Source: a virus (taxonomy: Duplodnaviria; Caudoviricetes). From it: 39,230 nucleotides of DNA. Below the pieces are notes generated by a model. It saw nothing but the letters and a program-made list of their open reading frames with translations, was not told the DNA's origin and searched no databases. Where the stretch lies: the IMG/VR virus record IMGVR_UViG_3300033067_001659, positions 1-39,230 of that record. The stretch is one strand, 5' to 3'. Made by a program: the position numbers and the translations under genes. This document shows, in pieces, positions 9,736-19,389 of this stretch; position 1 is the stretch's first letter, and each line of letters opens with the position of its first letter.

Positions 9736-12278
9736 TATTTACTTTTTTTAGGTTTTGCAGCAGCTTTTGACCTAGCTATTGCTAATTTAACTCTTTCTAT
9801 TTTTTCTTTAGCAGCAAGTTCTTTTTCTTTCATTTTAAGCTCTTTTTCTTGCATACGTTCTTGCGAAGCATTTTGCGTTTTAATAGCTTCAATCTTTTTA
9901 TTTTCTAACTCTTGCTTCATTCTTAATTCTTTATCTTTTAATGATAATTCATTTGAATGTTTAGTTTTATCATGTTCAAGTTTATATTTTTCTAATAAAG
10001 CGTTTTGAGCAACTTCTTGTTGGTCTAAAGCTAATTTACCTATTTCTAATGGGTCAGGTATTCCATTAGCATTACTATCAGTATCAGCAGCTTTAAAGTA
10101 ATTAGCTATTTCTTGAACTTGAATCTTAGTAGCATTATTTTGGTCAATCTCATATTGCTTCAAATCTCTGTCTTTTTGCTTCTCTTCAAGTTGCATTTGA
10201 ACTTGTTTTTCTTGTGAAGCTAATTGACCTTCTTGCATAGCCTTTTCACGTTCATATTTAGCAGCTTCACCTCTTTGGAGTATTCTAACTATGTCGGCAG
10301 GATTATCGTTGATTATAGTGTCTATAATTGCGCTTAAATCAGCTTTATCACTATTCAATGCTGCTTGAGATAATTGTTTTAAAGTTTCTACTACTTGCAA
10401 ATCTTTTGAACTATTAGATACAAAAACATTAAATTCAGAGTTATCTAATTCTAATTCTTCAACATCTAACATTTCAATACTCATATCATCTAATACATAT
10501 TGAACTTTCTTACCATCTCTAAAAGCTATTTTAGCACATTCTATTAGAGCAGTATAAACTCTACGTTTAACTTCATCATGTGAATCAAATAGATATTCAG
10601 TAATTAAAGCTGATTGTTGAACACTTCTTTCAACATTACCAACTAATTCCTGATTATTAATAACACCTAATCTTTGAGGACTAACCCCACTAATAAATAC
10701 TATTTGTGTTTTAATATATTCAAGAGTATTAATATATTGTTGAATAGTATTTGATAAACTTAAATCTACAGATTGAAATTGATTAAACTGTGAATTTTTA
10801 CCAATAGATGAACCTTTACGACTTTCCTCAAAACTATTAACAAAAGCTATTTTCATAGCTCTTAAATAGTACATCCATTTTTCAATGTCCATACCCTCAC
10901 TTCTAGGAATTTGTGCCAAGTCCATTAAAAATACTTTACCAATATCACTAGCAAAAGCTAATTCTAATCTATAAGATATAATATTATATAGATATTGATA
11001 AGGTTTTAATCTATCCATTAAAGATACACTAACACTATTAGTTGCATTATAGATTAAACCAGTATAACCTAATTTACAATAATATGGATTATCCATACGT
11101 CTGCGTTGATTAGTTTTAGGTTGACAATTTATAAATATATTTTCACCTATTTTAATACCTTCCCAAGCTTCATTAATCCAAAATTCTTCAATTACAGCAT
11201 CTGGAAATGATAATTTAAATATTTGAATATTAAATGATTCATCAACTATTTGTTCAACAGGTAAATCATTTTCATCTGTATAATTTAAATGATACAATTT
11301 TTTAAGTGATTTCCATTCAACTCTAACAACTCTAATTAGTTCAGAATTAAATGAACCAGCAGTAGAGTTAATGCTTGAGAAATTAGAAATACCTGTATCA
11401 ACTACACCACCTTTTTTATCAATTGTAAATGTAGGATTATTATTAATTAGGTTATAAGCTGAAGTAAATCTTTTAGATATTGCTTCAATCTCACCAACTT
11501 GTGTAGGAGTTAAGTCTGAACCAAATTCATCTATAATAGATGATGGAGATAACATTCTAACTTCTACAACAGCTATTGCATCATCAATATAATCTGTATC
11601 ACCATCTAATATTACAGTAGTGTTTAGAGGATTACATCTTCTAAAAAATACTTCATTATTAGCAACACCGCACCAATATATTTCTTCACCTGCTATTAAA
11701 GCATCTTTCCAACCTCTTTTAAATACTTCTTTAGTATTTAATTCTTTCTTTAAATGCTTTAATATTTTATTAGCCTGTGATTCGATTAAATCTGAAACAT
11801 TGTGTTTCTCATATTTAAGTATTTCTTCAGGTGTAGGTAATGGTTGATTAGGGTCAACAGTCGAAGGGTCTATTTCAGCTTGTAATTTTTGCTGTAATAG
11901 AGTTACAATTTTTTGTTTAAGATTCTTTTGTTTCCTATTAATATCATTAGTACTAGAAGATATAACAATACAATTATCATTTCTTTTAGTTTCTTCACCC
12001 ATTAATAAATTTAATGGTGGACTAACAACATCATAATGTTGTAATGTAGCTGGAAAATCATTTTCACCTTCTTTTAGACCTAAAGGATTGCAAACGTATT
12101 CTAAGTCAGCTTTATTAAATCTACCATTAAGAAGGTCATAATTAATCTTTTTATTATAGTTAGTAGTTCTATTAGAAGCTACTGAACTGTATGATAATCT
12201 TTCGTAAAAGTTTATAACATCTTTTTTCCAAGTGTCATTCTTTTTACTAAAGGGTAATCGTTGAACTGGTAAAGCCAA
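9735..12278 (-). CDS. Portal protein (crAss-like)
   Basis: 847 aa between terminase and scaffold; WINEAWEGIKIG, SLMDRLKPYQYLYNI, SGVSPQRLG motifs, coiled-coil C-terminus. Confidence 0.9.
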   Translation of the reverse strand: MALPVQRLPFSKKNDTWKKDVINFYERLSYSSVASNRTTNYNKKINYDLLNGRFNKADLEYVCNPLGLKEGENDFPATLQHYDVVSPPLNLLMGEETKRNDNCIVISSSTNDINRKQKNLKQKIVTLLQQKLQAEIDPSTVDPNQPLPTPEEILKYEKHNVSDLIESQANKILKHLKKELNTKEVFKRGWKDALIAGEEIYWCGVANNEVFFRRCNPLNTTVILDGDTDYIDDAIAVVEVRMLSPSSIIDEFGSDLTPTQVGEIEAISKRFTSAYNLINNNPTFTIDKKGGVVDTGISNFSSINSTAGSFNSELIRVVRVEWKSLKKLYHLNYTDENDLPVEQIVDESFNIQIFKLSFPDAVIEEFWINEAWEGIKIGENIFINCQPKTNQRRRMDNPYYCKLGYTGLIYNATNSVSVSLMDRLKPYQYLYNIISYRLELAFASDIGKVFLMDLAQIPRSEGMDIEKWMYYLRAMKIAFVNSFEESRKGSSIGKNSQFNQFQSVDLSLSNTIQQYINTLEYIKTQIVFISGVSPQRLGVINNQELVGNVERSVQQSALITEYLFDSHDEVKRRVYTALIECAKIAFRDGKKVQYVLDDMSIEMLDVEELELDNSEFNVFVSNSSKDLQVVETLKQLSQAALNSDKADLSAIIDTIINDNPADIVRILQRGEAAKYEREKAMQEGQLASQEKQVQMQLEEKQKDRDLKQYEIDQNNATKIQVQEIANYFKAADTDSNANGIPDPLEIGKLALDQQEVAQNALLEKYKLEHDKTKHSNELSLKDKELRMKQELENKKIEAIKTQNASQERMQEKELKMKEKELAAKEKIERVKLAIARSKAAAKPKKSK

Positions 12279-12296
12279 TTTATATATTTTTAATTG

Positions 12297-14354
12297 TTAG
12301 TATTTTATTTTATTATATATGTTCTTTTGGAACAATCTTTTAGAAAAGAAAGCATCCATTTCTAAAATAGTTTTAGGTTGCATCTCTTGTAGTTGTATAT
12401 TATGCATCTCTTTAGATTGTAATATACATAACATAAATGCTACAACTCTATCTGTATTAACTTCTCTATCATAAGCTATAAGCTCTTTTAGTAAAGGAAT
12501 AGACTTGATAGTATGCAGGTTTAATATCTTAGTATCATCTGGACCAGTTCTTTCTTCATATAACCATTGTTTTAAGTAAAGCTCACATTGGTCTTTAATA
12601 CCTGTTGCGCTACCTGCTCCACGATTCATATGAATACCATATCCTCTTGATACTTTAGAATTCTTAACCATATCTTTAATTATCTGAGGTTGTTCACATA
12701 AATAATGTAAACTATTTTTCATTTCAAAATATGCTTTTAAACCTTTAAGTTGATTTTCATATAATGCTTTACCATTGTAATAAATACAAAGCTTTCTGCA
12801 TATTTCATAAAAATCATCTGCTCGTTCAGGTCTGCCAGTATATTCAGCAACTAAATGGTCATAAGATGTACCATTATGGTAAAATCTTTTATACACTAAA
12901 CAAGAACCTAACGAATCACTTGATTCAGCTTTATCTTGGTCAAAAGGGTCAATTCCCAATATGTATAAACCATATGGTGGGTCTTCAATAGGGTCTTCAT
13001 ATATTACTACACATCCTGTTTTAGAATCTTCTTTATTTAAAGGATAATTTACAATATCGTTTAAATCAGGATTTAATTTAGCTTTTATTCTATTATCAGT
13101 ATCAAAGTATAATTCAACTTTCTTTTTATCATTTCTTAATGATGGAGTAGTTTCTAATTTACTTAACCACTCTAACATTTCAATAGATGCAAATACAGCA
13201 GACTTATCTCTTAAAAAACCTTCTCTCCAAGTTAAAGGAAACTGTGTAATAACACCATGATGTGCTTTAGCATCTAATCCACCTTTAGCTTTCTCTCTTA
13301 AATACATAATATCATCATAAGCAGCAGCTTGATTTGAATTACCATCAGCATCAACCATAGGATGTCTAAACCATGATGATTTAGGATTCATACAATAACC
13401 TTCTCTACCTTTTAAGGCTGAACTGAAATAACCAACTTTTAATTTAGTATTTTCATTATCATCAAATTCAAGCATATTATATTTGCCTGGATTTGTAAAT
13501 ATTTCATAAAAATACTTACTACCACTATCCATATCTGATGAACTACCAAACATGATTGTTACACCTGAATAATTAGAACCAGCTTTAATAAGAGGTTCAG
13601 TGAATGAGTAAGTATCTGTTATATTAGGGAATACACCAGCTTCATCAAGAATCAATTTAGAAGCACTTTTACCTACAGCAGCAGTTGGATTATCTTTAAA
13701 GCTTATTGCTCTAACAGAGCTTTTATAACCTTTCCATACTTTAATACCACCTGCATCATATTGATACCTTGCTATAATATTATCTTTTAAATCTGGATTC
13801 CTTTGTTTCCTAAATTCAGTATTAGTATTTAACCAATTTAAATTCTCAATAGTCATTCTCATTGTTTCTAAACCAAATGATGATAAGAATGTACCTATAA
13901 TTGAATTAGAACCTGGAAAGAATGAAAACTCCCAAGCACATATTGCTGCTGCTTTATAAGACCAACCTTGACGACGACCTTTAAGAGCAACTAAGCATTT
14001 TTGATTCTTTTCACAATACTCAACCATGTGAAAATACTCATAATCTAAATCTATAAAATTAGGAAATCCTTCTATCTTTTTCCCTGTAACATCATCATAT
14101 TTAGATATTCTACAAAAATTTAAATAAAAGAAATGATGCCCTGTAATTCTTATACCAGAACTATTGGTAAAACCAATAAGACATTTATTTCTAACATCTT
14201 TCCAAAAATCAGCATATTCTTTCGTACCCTCTTGTAGATGAGTATAAAATCCTGTGTCATTAAATATCTCAGCAAGATAACTAAACTCTTTAGAATTAGT
14301 AAACTTTTCTACATAAGGAACATAAGGATTAATTACGTTTATATTTTCTTCCAT
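12297..14354 (-). CDS. terL: Terminase large subunit
   Basis: Walker A-like LKGRRQGWSY, Walker B LILDEAG, nuclease YILGIDPF and DRV motifs. Confidence 0.93.
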   Translation of the reverse strand: MEENINVINPYVPYVEKFTNSKEFSYLAEIFNDTGFYTHLQEGTKEYADFWKDVRNKCLIGFTNSSGIRITGHHFFYLNFCRISKYDDVTGKKIEGFPNFIDLDYEYFHMVEYCEKNQKCLVALKGRRQGWSYKAAAICAWEFSFFPGSNSIIGTFLSSFGLETMRMTIENLNWLNTNTEFRKQRNPDLKDNIIARYQYDAGGIKVWKGYKSSVRAISFKDNPTAAVGKSASKLILDEAGVFPNITDTYSFTEPLIKAGSNYSGVTIMFGSSSDMDSGSKYFYEIFTNPGKYNMLEFDDNENTKLKVGYFSSALKGREGYCMNPKSSWFRHPMVDADGNSNQAAAYDDIMYLREKAKGGLDAKAHHGVITQFPLTWREGFLRDKSAVFASIEMLEWLSKLETTPSLRNDKKKVELYFDTDNRIKAKLNPDLNDIVNYPLNKEDSKTGCVVIYEDPIEDPPYGLYILGIDPFDQDKAESSDSLGSCLVYKRFYHNGTSYDHLVAEYTGRPERADDFYEICRKLCIYYNGKALYENQLKGLKAYFEMKNSLHYLCEQPQIIKDMVKNSKVSRGYGIHMNRGAGSATGIKDQCELYLKQWLYEERTGPDDTKILNLHTIKSIPLLKELIAYDREVNTDRVVAFMLCILQSKEMHNIQLQEMQPKTILEMDAFFSKRLFQKNIYNKIKY

Positions 14355-14644
14355 TAGTCTTTATCTTCAAATAATCCTACTTTAACATTACCTCTAGCTT
14401 TACCTTTTAAATCTTCTTCTGATTGAACTTTTTTTTCTAAAATAGCTAATGTTTCAAAAGCTTTACCTAATCTCTCAATAGTATTTAATATACTATCAGA
14501 TTTCTTTTTAGCTTCTGTAATATCTTCACCATCTTCAAATTCAATATTATCTAAATGGTCTTTTAATTTAAACAATGATAATCTACAAGAGTCTAACATT
14601 GCTTCTGATATACTTTTATTTGTTTCCTTTTGATTTTTTTTCAT
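14354..14644 (-). CDS. Helical protein directly upstream of TerL (terminase small subunit candidate)
   Basis: 96 aa coiled coil, 1-nt overlap with terL; function inferred from position only. Confidence 0.4.
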   Translation of the reverse strand: MKKNQKETNKSISEAMLDSCRLSLFKLKDHLDNIEFEDGEDITEAKKKSDSILNTIERLGKAFETLAILEKKVQSEEDLKGKARGNVKVGLFEDKD

Positions 14645-14646
14645 AA

Positions 14647-14907
14647 TTAAAGTATTAATTTAGCACTCGTATTATCTTCAGTTTCATTATATAAATGCTC
14701 GGGAACTAATATATTAGGTCTTTGAGTTTTATTATACCATTCTGAAAAGAATTGCATTGCTTCTTCTAAAGCTTGTATTCTAATCTCTTGTTTCTTAATA
14801 ATATCTTCTTGATATAATAACAATGAACCAATTTTAAGTTGACCTTCAACTGTAAATCTTTCAATTATATTCTTTTGGTCTAAAGGTTTTGAATTATCTA
14901 TTTTCAT
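14647..14907 (-). CDS. Hypothetical protein
   Basis: 86 aa, coupled in operon. Confidence 0.6.
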   Translation of the reverse strand: MKIDNSKPLDQKNIIERFTVEGQLKIGSLLLYQEDIIKKQEIRIQALEEAMQFFSEWYNKTQRPNILVPEHLYNETEDNTSAKLIL

Positions 14908-15164
14908 TATTCTACTATATAAACTTCTTCTTCTCTAACAGAGAGATATTTAACTTCATCTAATACTATCTCAATACCTACATGTTTATTAAAATGTACA
15001 ATATCTTTAATTTTAATTTCTTTAACTTCATTACCAATTGATACCACTTTACCTTTACTTGGTTTATCTCCTTTAATTGAAGAATCAGGAATTATGATAC
15101 CTGATTTAGTAGTTGTTTCTATTGGTGTTGGGTCTATTAATATTCTTTTACCTATTGATTTCAT
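14907..15164 (-). CDS. groES: Co-chaperonin GroES (Cpn10)
   Basis: RILIDP..ETTTKSGIIIPDS, GKVVSIG, GIEIVLDEVKYLSVREEEV. Confidence 0.9.
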   Translation of the reverse strand: MKSIGKRILIDPTPIETTTKSGIIIPDSSIKGDKPSKGKVVSIGNEVKEIKIKDIVHFNKHVGIEIVLDEVKYLSVREEEVYIVE

Positions 15165-15454
15165 TATTCACTTGTTTTTATAACCTGATATAAAGCATTA
15201 CTAAAAGAATCTACAAATTTCTCATCTTGTGATAATTCTATATAACCTAAAGATTCTAATATTGCATGAGTAGTTTCATGTAAGAAAGTATGCTCTTTTA
15301 ATTCTTTTTTTAAATTCTTTCTAAGTTCTAATATTCCTAAATCTGACTTACATTGTCCTAAAACACTTTCACCATTATTAATTACTTTAGGTAATTGTAC
15401 TACTTTGTAAGTTCTGGATATTAAATTAAATTGTTTAGGTACTGTAAATTCCAT
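15164..15454 (-). CDS. Small zincin-like metallopeptidase
   Basis: TFLHETTHAI (HExxH) followed by E.FVD. Confidence 0.75.
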   Translation of the reverse strand: MEFTVPKQFNLISRTYKVVQLPKVINNGESVLGQCKSDLGILELRKNLKKELKEHTFLHETTHAILESLGYIELSQDEKFVDSFSNALYQVIKTSE

Positions 15455-15747
15455 TATTTATATCTTTTAGACTTATAAGCAAATCCTAGTATTGGTATAG
15501 ACCTATTCTGAATAATACTTTTAAGTTCTTCATAAGGTTTATCTATTTTAAAATAAGTACCATTAGATAACACTTGTGAATATTTTTTAATATGTTTGCC
15601 ATTTTTAGAATCTATAAATTCTTCGAGTTCAATAGTATCTAAATCAAATAGTTTTTTAATCTTATCATTCTTAACTAATACTTTCTTTGTAGAACTAGTA
15701 ATATCTGATAACACTATTAATTCATAATTTCTCATACTACATAACAA
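15454..15747 (-). CDS. Hypothetical protein
   Basis: 97 aa, coupled in operon; start may be the second Met (15735). Confidence 0.6.
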   Translation of the reverse strand: MLCSMRNYELIVLSDITSSTKKVLVKNDKIKKLFDLDTIELEEFIDSKNGKHIKKYSQVLSNGTYFKIDKPYEELKSIIQNRSIPILGFAYKSKRYK

Positions 15748-16241
15748 TTAAAACTTAATCCTTTATGTGTTTTTCTAATTCCTTTTAATATTTTATAAAC
15801 AGATGATTTATCAATATTAAATTTTTCTTTTATACTATTTATATTACCTGTATGAATAATTTTATTATTTTTAATAACATTTATAATTTTATTATATTTA
15901 CAATTTAGTCTGTCTTGTCTAATTTTTTCTTTATATTCAGCAGTCATAATTGTTCTATCTGGTAAAAAAGAATTAAATCCTTTTTCTAAAGAATTATATT
16001 TAATCATATTTTTCTTTTCTAAATTTAAAAGTTCTGATTCTTCACATTTTTCAATTATTTCAAATCTAATAGTTTTTAATGTATATTTATTTACAAATCT
16101 TTGTAAATGAATTGAATGATGTTTATTTAATTCTAAATCTCTTTTGTGTTTCCAAAGTCTTCCTTCAATATCTTTAGAACTACCTATATAAACTCTATCA
16201 TCTAAAATATTATATATTTTATATATACCACATATTTTCAT
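15732..16241 (-). CDS. GIY-YIG homing endonuclease with C-terminal NUMOD/HTH-like DNA-binding part
   Basis: CGIYKIYN...VYIGSS..I..R...H and E; start re-called to MKICG (TAATG overlap with upstream stop). Confidence 0.88.
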   Translation of the reverse strand: MKICGIYKIYNILDDRVYIGSSKDIEGRLWKHKRDLELNKHHSIHLQRFVNKYTLKTIRFEIIEKCEESELLNLEKKNMIKYNSLEKGFNSFLPDRTIMTAEYKEKIRQDRLNCKYNKIINVIKNNKIIHTGNINSIKEKFNIDKSSVYKILKGIRKTHKGLSFNCYVV

Positions 16242-16555
16242 TACCAGTTTCCTAATGGACATTGACTATCAGATTTAAGTTTTGCTGGTAAAAAACAACC
16301 ACATCCTGGATATTCTTTTCCTTCAAATCTTAATTCTTCATTATATTGGAAATCTTTAACAGCTTTACCATTGACTCTTTTAGAACAATAATTGTTTACG
16401 TTAAGAGGACATGATGCGCAAACATTAGCTTTAATATTGGCAGACTCTTTAACTGAGTCATTATCAAACCAATAATTACCAAAGCCTTTTATAATATCAT
16501 TTAGTTTTTTAAAATTCATACTCATCGTTAAATCTTTTTTGACTTTTTTGACCAT
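16241..16555 (-). CDS. Small Zn-finger-like protein
   Basis: CxxCP...C...CGC.L.AK...CP.G.W pattern; true start probably downstream (MSMNF). Confidence 0.65.
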   Translation of the reverse strand: MVKKVKKDLTMSMNFKKLNDIIKGFGNYWFDNDSVKESANIKANVCASCPLNVNNYCSKRVNGKAVKDFQYNEELRFEGKEYPGCGCFLPAKLKSDSQCPLGNW

Positions 16556-16769
16556 TTTTAAATGTAACTCTACCTTGCTCTAAAGCTATTAGGAATGTTG
16601 TCGGTTTAAATTTACCTAAACCTTTAATATGAACTTCCCGCAAATCTCTCTTATAGATATGTTCAGCTAATAGTTTATATTGTGAATCAACTATCTTTTC
16701 TAATTCAAACTTACTAATTCCATGTTCAGCTTTCATTTCACTTAATATTTCATCAATTAACTGACTCAT
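16509..16769 (-). CDS. HU/IHF-like DNA-binding protein
   Basis: Helical N-part then EVHIKGLGKFK (HU/IHF GxG.F strand); IHF homologues are typical of crAss-like phages. Confidence 0.7.
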   Translation of the reverse strand: MSQLIDEILSEMKAEHGISKFELEKIVDSQYKLLAEHIYKRDLREVHIKGLGKFKPTTFLIALEQGRVTFKNGQKSQKRFNDEYEF

Positions 16770-16935
16770 TCAATTTTAATATTTTAAGTTCAATATTGTT
16801 TTTACTATATGTTAATCTGAATTTAAAATCCTTATTTTTCTTTTCATAATACGATAAACCATGAAATAACTTATTTATAAATTCCTCATAATTATCAATA
16901 TCATTTATTCTATAATTAGTTGTTACTATTATCAT
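16753..16935 (-). CDS. Hypothetical protein
   Basis: 60 aa overlapping both neighbours in operon fashion. Confidence 0.5.
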   Translation of the reverse strand: MIIVTTNYRINDIDNYEEFINKLFHGLSYYEKKNKDFKFRLTYSKNNIELKILKLNESVN

Positions 16936-17251
16936 AAGAATACTGGTATGTTAATTTACCCTCTTGTAGTACTTGTAATATTAGAGGATTAAATAAGTAA
17001 ACCATATTATAACCTTCTTTATTAACAAATATTCCTTTAGTTCTTAATCTTTTAATATAATTATTAGTAACAGCTTTATTCTTATTTAAAACCTTTCTAA
17101 TATGCTCTCTAGTGTCAGTATTAACTTCCAATCTATTAGATTCAAGCATTGTTAGAAGTATATCTAATTCAAAAGAACTAAGGTCTAATAACTTATTTAA
17201 AACTTCACTATAATATTCTTTTTTATCTTTAAGTACTTTTACTAGTATCAT
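16916..17251 (-). CDS. Winged-HTH DNA-binding protein
   Basis: LSSFELDILL...IRKVLN....TNNYIKRLRTKGIF...YLFNP wHTH pattern. Confidence 0.7.
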   Translation of the reverse strand: MILVKVLKDKKEYYSEVLNKLLDLSSFELDILLTMLESNRLEVNTDTREHIRKVLNKNKAVTNNYIKRLRTKGIFVNKEGYNMVYLFNPLILQVLQEGKLTYQYSYDNSNN

Positions 17252-17264
17252 CTTTTGTTTTTAT

Positions 17265-17276
17265 ATTATTAATATA
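17265..17276 (-). promoter_or_regulatory. Candidate late promoter TATATTAATAAT
   Basis: 11/12 match to the motif at 9232-9243, in a short intergenic gap. Confidence 0.45.
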
Positions 17277-17287
17277 ACATTTTTTAG

Positions 17288-17746
17288 TTATCTATCCAAA
17301 TTTAAATGATAATAATCAGATGTTATCTTTTCTATTAATTTCTTAAATTCTTTCTTATCAAGTTTAATAGCATCTGTATTAAGTAATCTATAAGTCATTA
17401 TATTCTTACTATAAACAGCCAAATCCCTTGTTTTATCATGTTCTAATTGCTCAGGGTTATCTTTATGATGTTTACCATCTAATTCAATACAAGCGTCTTG
17501 CTCTGGTAGATAAAAATCAAGTATATAGAACTGGTATCTATTAATAAATAGTATATGCTGGAACTTGTAAGTTATTTTCATATCATCTAATAAAGACATA
17601 ATATGTTTCTCGTAGATTGTAATATTGTTAATTAACTCTTTACGACGAGAATTGGCGAGTCTTTTAGGATGAACAAATTCATTACGAGCTTTCCTTTCAG
17701 TAGCTTTAATAAAGTTAAGTTCCCTAGGTTTTTCTTTTTTAGCCAT
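17288..17746 (-). CDS. DUF559 / Vsr-like PD-(D/E)XK endonuclease
   Basis: T..E, FQH, YILDFY, IELDGKHH, D..RD motifs. Confidence 0.85.
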   Translation of the reverse strand: MAKKEKPRELNFIKATERKARNEFVHPKRLANSRRKELINNITIYEKHIMSLLDDMKITYKFQHILFINRYQFYILDFYLPEQDACIELDGKHHKDNPEQLEHDKTRDLAVYSKNIMTYRLLNTDAIKLDKKEFKKLIEKITSDYYHLNLDR

Positions 17747-17754
17747 AATATATA

Positions 17755-18100
17755 CCTTATCTCTATTAGAGACATAATAATTTAAAATTAATCAATAAGA
17801 GTTCCTTGCAAATCAAGCTTTTTGATTTACTTAACCCATATAGGGTTATTTTGATTTTAAGGCTTATTAAGACCGTTTAACTTTACCAAAGCATATTTAC
17901 TATGCAGTAGGGATTACTTTCAACCTGGTTTATTCCAGAGCCATTCTACGCTATTGTACCCCTTGAATTAACTTACCTATATTTAAAATCATTTTGAGAA
18001 GAGGGTTAATCTCAGAACTATGGAACTCTAAAGTTGCTCCTACAAAACCCTGTTCACTAAAAGTTCCTTTCTCAAGGGATTATTTCAGCTATGACTCTCT
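17755..18100 (-). ncRNA. Unassigned ~350-nt structured RNA / leader upstream of DUF559 nuclease
   Basis: No ORF; nested long-range pairs 17798-17805/18022-18029 and 17852-17860/17983-17991 plus local hairpins; promoter-like motif at 18101-18112. Confidence 0.55.
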
Positions 18101-18112
18101 ACTATCAATATA
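18101..18112 (-). promoter_or_regulatory. Candidate late promoter TATATTGATAGT
   Basis: 11/12 match to recurring motif. Confidence 0.5.
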
Positions 18113-18153
18113 ACACTTTTATTTCAATTATCCTAATTTTTTAGCAATTATTT

Positions 18154-18573
18154 TTAAATAATATTTAATTGTTGCATTAATTTCTTTAATTCTGACTTAT
18201 TTTTAATATTTAACCAAATTTCATTATTATAAGTACCTTTACTAAGGTCTAATGATGTATAAATTCTAATTTGATTATTATAATGCTGTAAATAATAATC
18301 AGATAATTTATAATTTATCTTTTTATTATCTAGAATCCACCCTAAACTTTCAATATCTTTTTGGTCTAAGTATTTAACTCTAATTTCTTCTTTTTTAATA
18401 TGTATTTTAAATTGTATTTGTTTCATATTCCAATCAATATAATCACAAGGATGTTTAACTTCTTCAAACATTCCTGTATTATAATTTAATCTTTCATATT
18501 CAAAACCTACATATAATTCTTCAATTGAAGGAGTATAATATTTATTATCTTCATTATTCATTGGTAAAATCAT
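18154..18573 (-). CDS. Hypothetical phage protein
   Basis: KYYTPSIEELYVGFEYE...IRVKYLDQKDIESLGW...IKNKSELKKLM. Confidence 0.7.
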   Translation of the reverse strand: MILPMNNEDNKYYTPSIEELYVGFEYERLNYNTGMFEEVKHPCDYIDWNMKQIQFKIHIKKEEIRVKYLDQKDIESLGWILDNKKINYKLSDYYLQHYNNQIRIYTSLDLSKGTYNNEIWLNIKNKSELKKLMQQLNII

Positions 18574-18781
18574 CTTGCCCCATTATTTCTTTTCTAAATT
18601 CTTCGGCTTTTTCATAGTTAATCATCTCTTGGTTGAGTTGTTTAAAATGGTCGCCATCCCCCAAATCATCATAATAATGTTTTCTTTTAACACCTGTTTT
18701 AAGATAAACTACTTTTTGCCCATCTATGTACATGATTCCTTTTAATTCTGAATCATTGAAATTTTTACTTTTTGTCCTCAT
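18554..18781 (-). CDS. Hypothetical protein
   Basis: 75 aa ORF. Confidence 0.55.
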   Translation of the reverse strand: MRTKSKNFNDSELKGIMYIDGQKVVYLKTGVKRKHYYDDLGDGDHFKQLNQEMINYEKAEEFRKEIMGQDDFTNE

Positions 18782-18924
18782 TATGCTTTTTTTAATATTA
18801 ATAATATTGATTGATTAAAACACTCGTTAAATAATTGCTCTAATTGAGTTACATTTGCTGTTACAGACCACCCATCCATTACTATAGTATAAGTGTGGTT
18901 TTCATTTTTTATTACTTGTTTCAT
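18781..18924 (-). CDS. Small hypothetical protein (47 aa, MKQVIKNENHTYTIVMDGW...)
   Basis: Below ORF-track cut-off; TAATG coupling to the next gene. Confidence 0.55.
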   Translation of the reverse strand: MKQVIKNENHTYTIVMDGWSVTANVTQLEQLFNECFNQSILLILKKA

Positions 18925-18943
18925 AGTGTAAAATTACACATTA

Positions 18944-18996
18944 TTTTTTAATTGTGCAAATTTTTTTTAATTTTTTTTAATTTTTTAAATTTTTTG
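18944..18996. repeat. Phased T-tract repeats at the transcription divergence point
   Basis: ttttttttaa ttttttttaa ttttttaaat ttttt, ~10-bp period. Confidence 0.6.
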
Positions 18997-19092
18997 TAGG
19001 TATTTTGATTTGATGCACCCCAAACAAACCTACCCCTACTTAACTTCGACGAAAAGTCAAATATATTAAACTAAACATTAAAAACTACAATC

Positions 19093-19371
19093 ATGAGCAA
19101 TTCAAATTCAAATCTCGGAGTTCCAGCAGGTAAATTAACAGATTACCTTAAATCACAAGGTGCTGTTACTGCATCACTTGTTAATGGTCCAAATGGTGAC
19201 TTTGTGTCAGCCAAGAAAGCTGATAGCACAACCTTTACTCTACCTGTTGGTAAGAAGTCACAAGGTGGTAGACTTACTGAAATGAACGTTTTATTAGTGC
19301 CAACTGAAAGTGGTGAAGTGGCTGTTGCTACTATGAACAACTATTCAACTGTTGACACTATTGAATTATAA
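19093..19371 (+). CDS. Highly expressed small early protein
   Basis: 92 aa, strong codon bias, A-rich Bacteroidetes-type leader; first plus-strand gene. Confidence 0.8.
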   Translation: MSNSNSNLGVPAGKLTDYLKSQGAVTASLVNGPNGDFVSAKKADSTTFTLPVGKKSQGGRLTEMNVLLVPTESGEVAVATMNNYSTVDTIEL

Positions 19372-19389
19372 CTGGCGGTTGGGTTGGTT

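Noticed and set aside
11620-12991. Plus-strand ORFs 11620..11847 and 12764..12991
   Set aside because: Antisense to portal and terminase, no motifs
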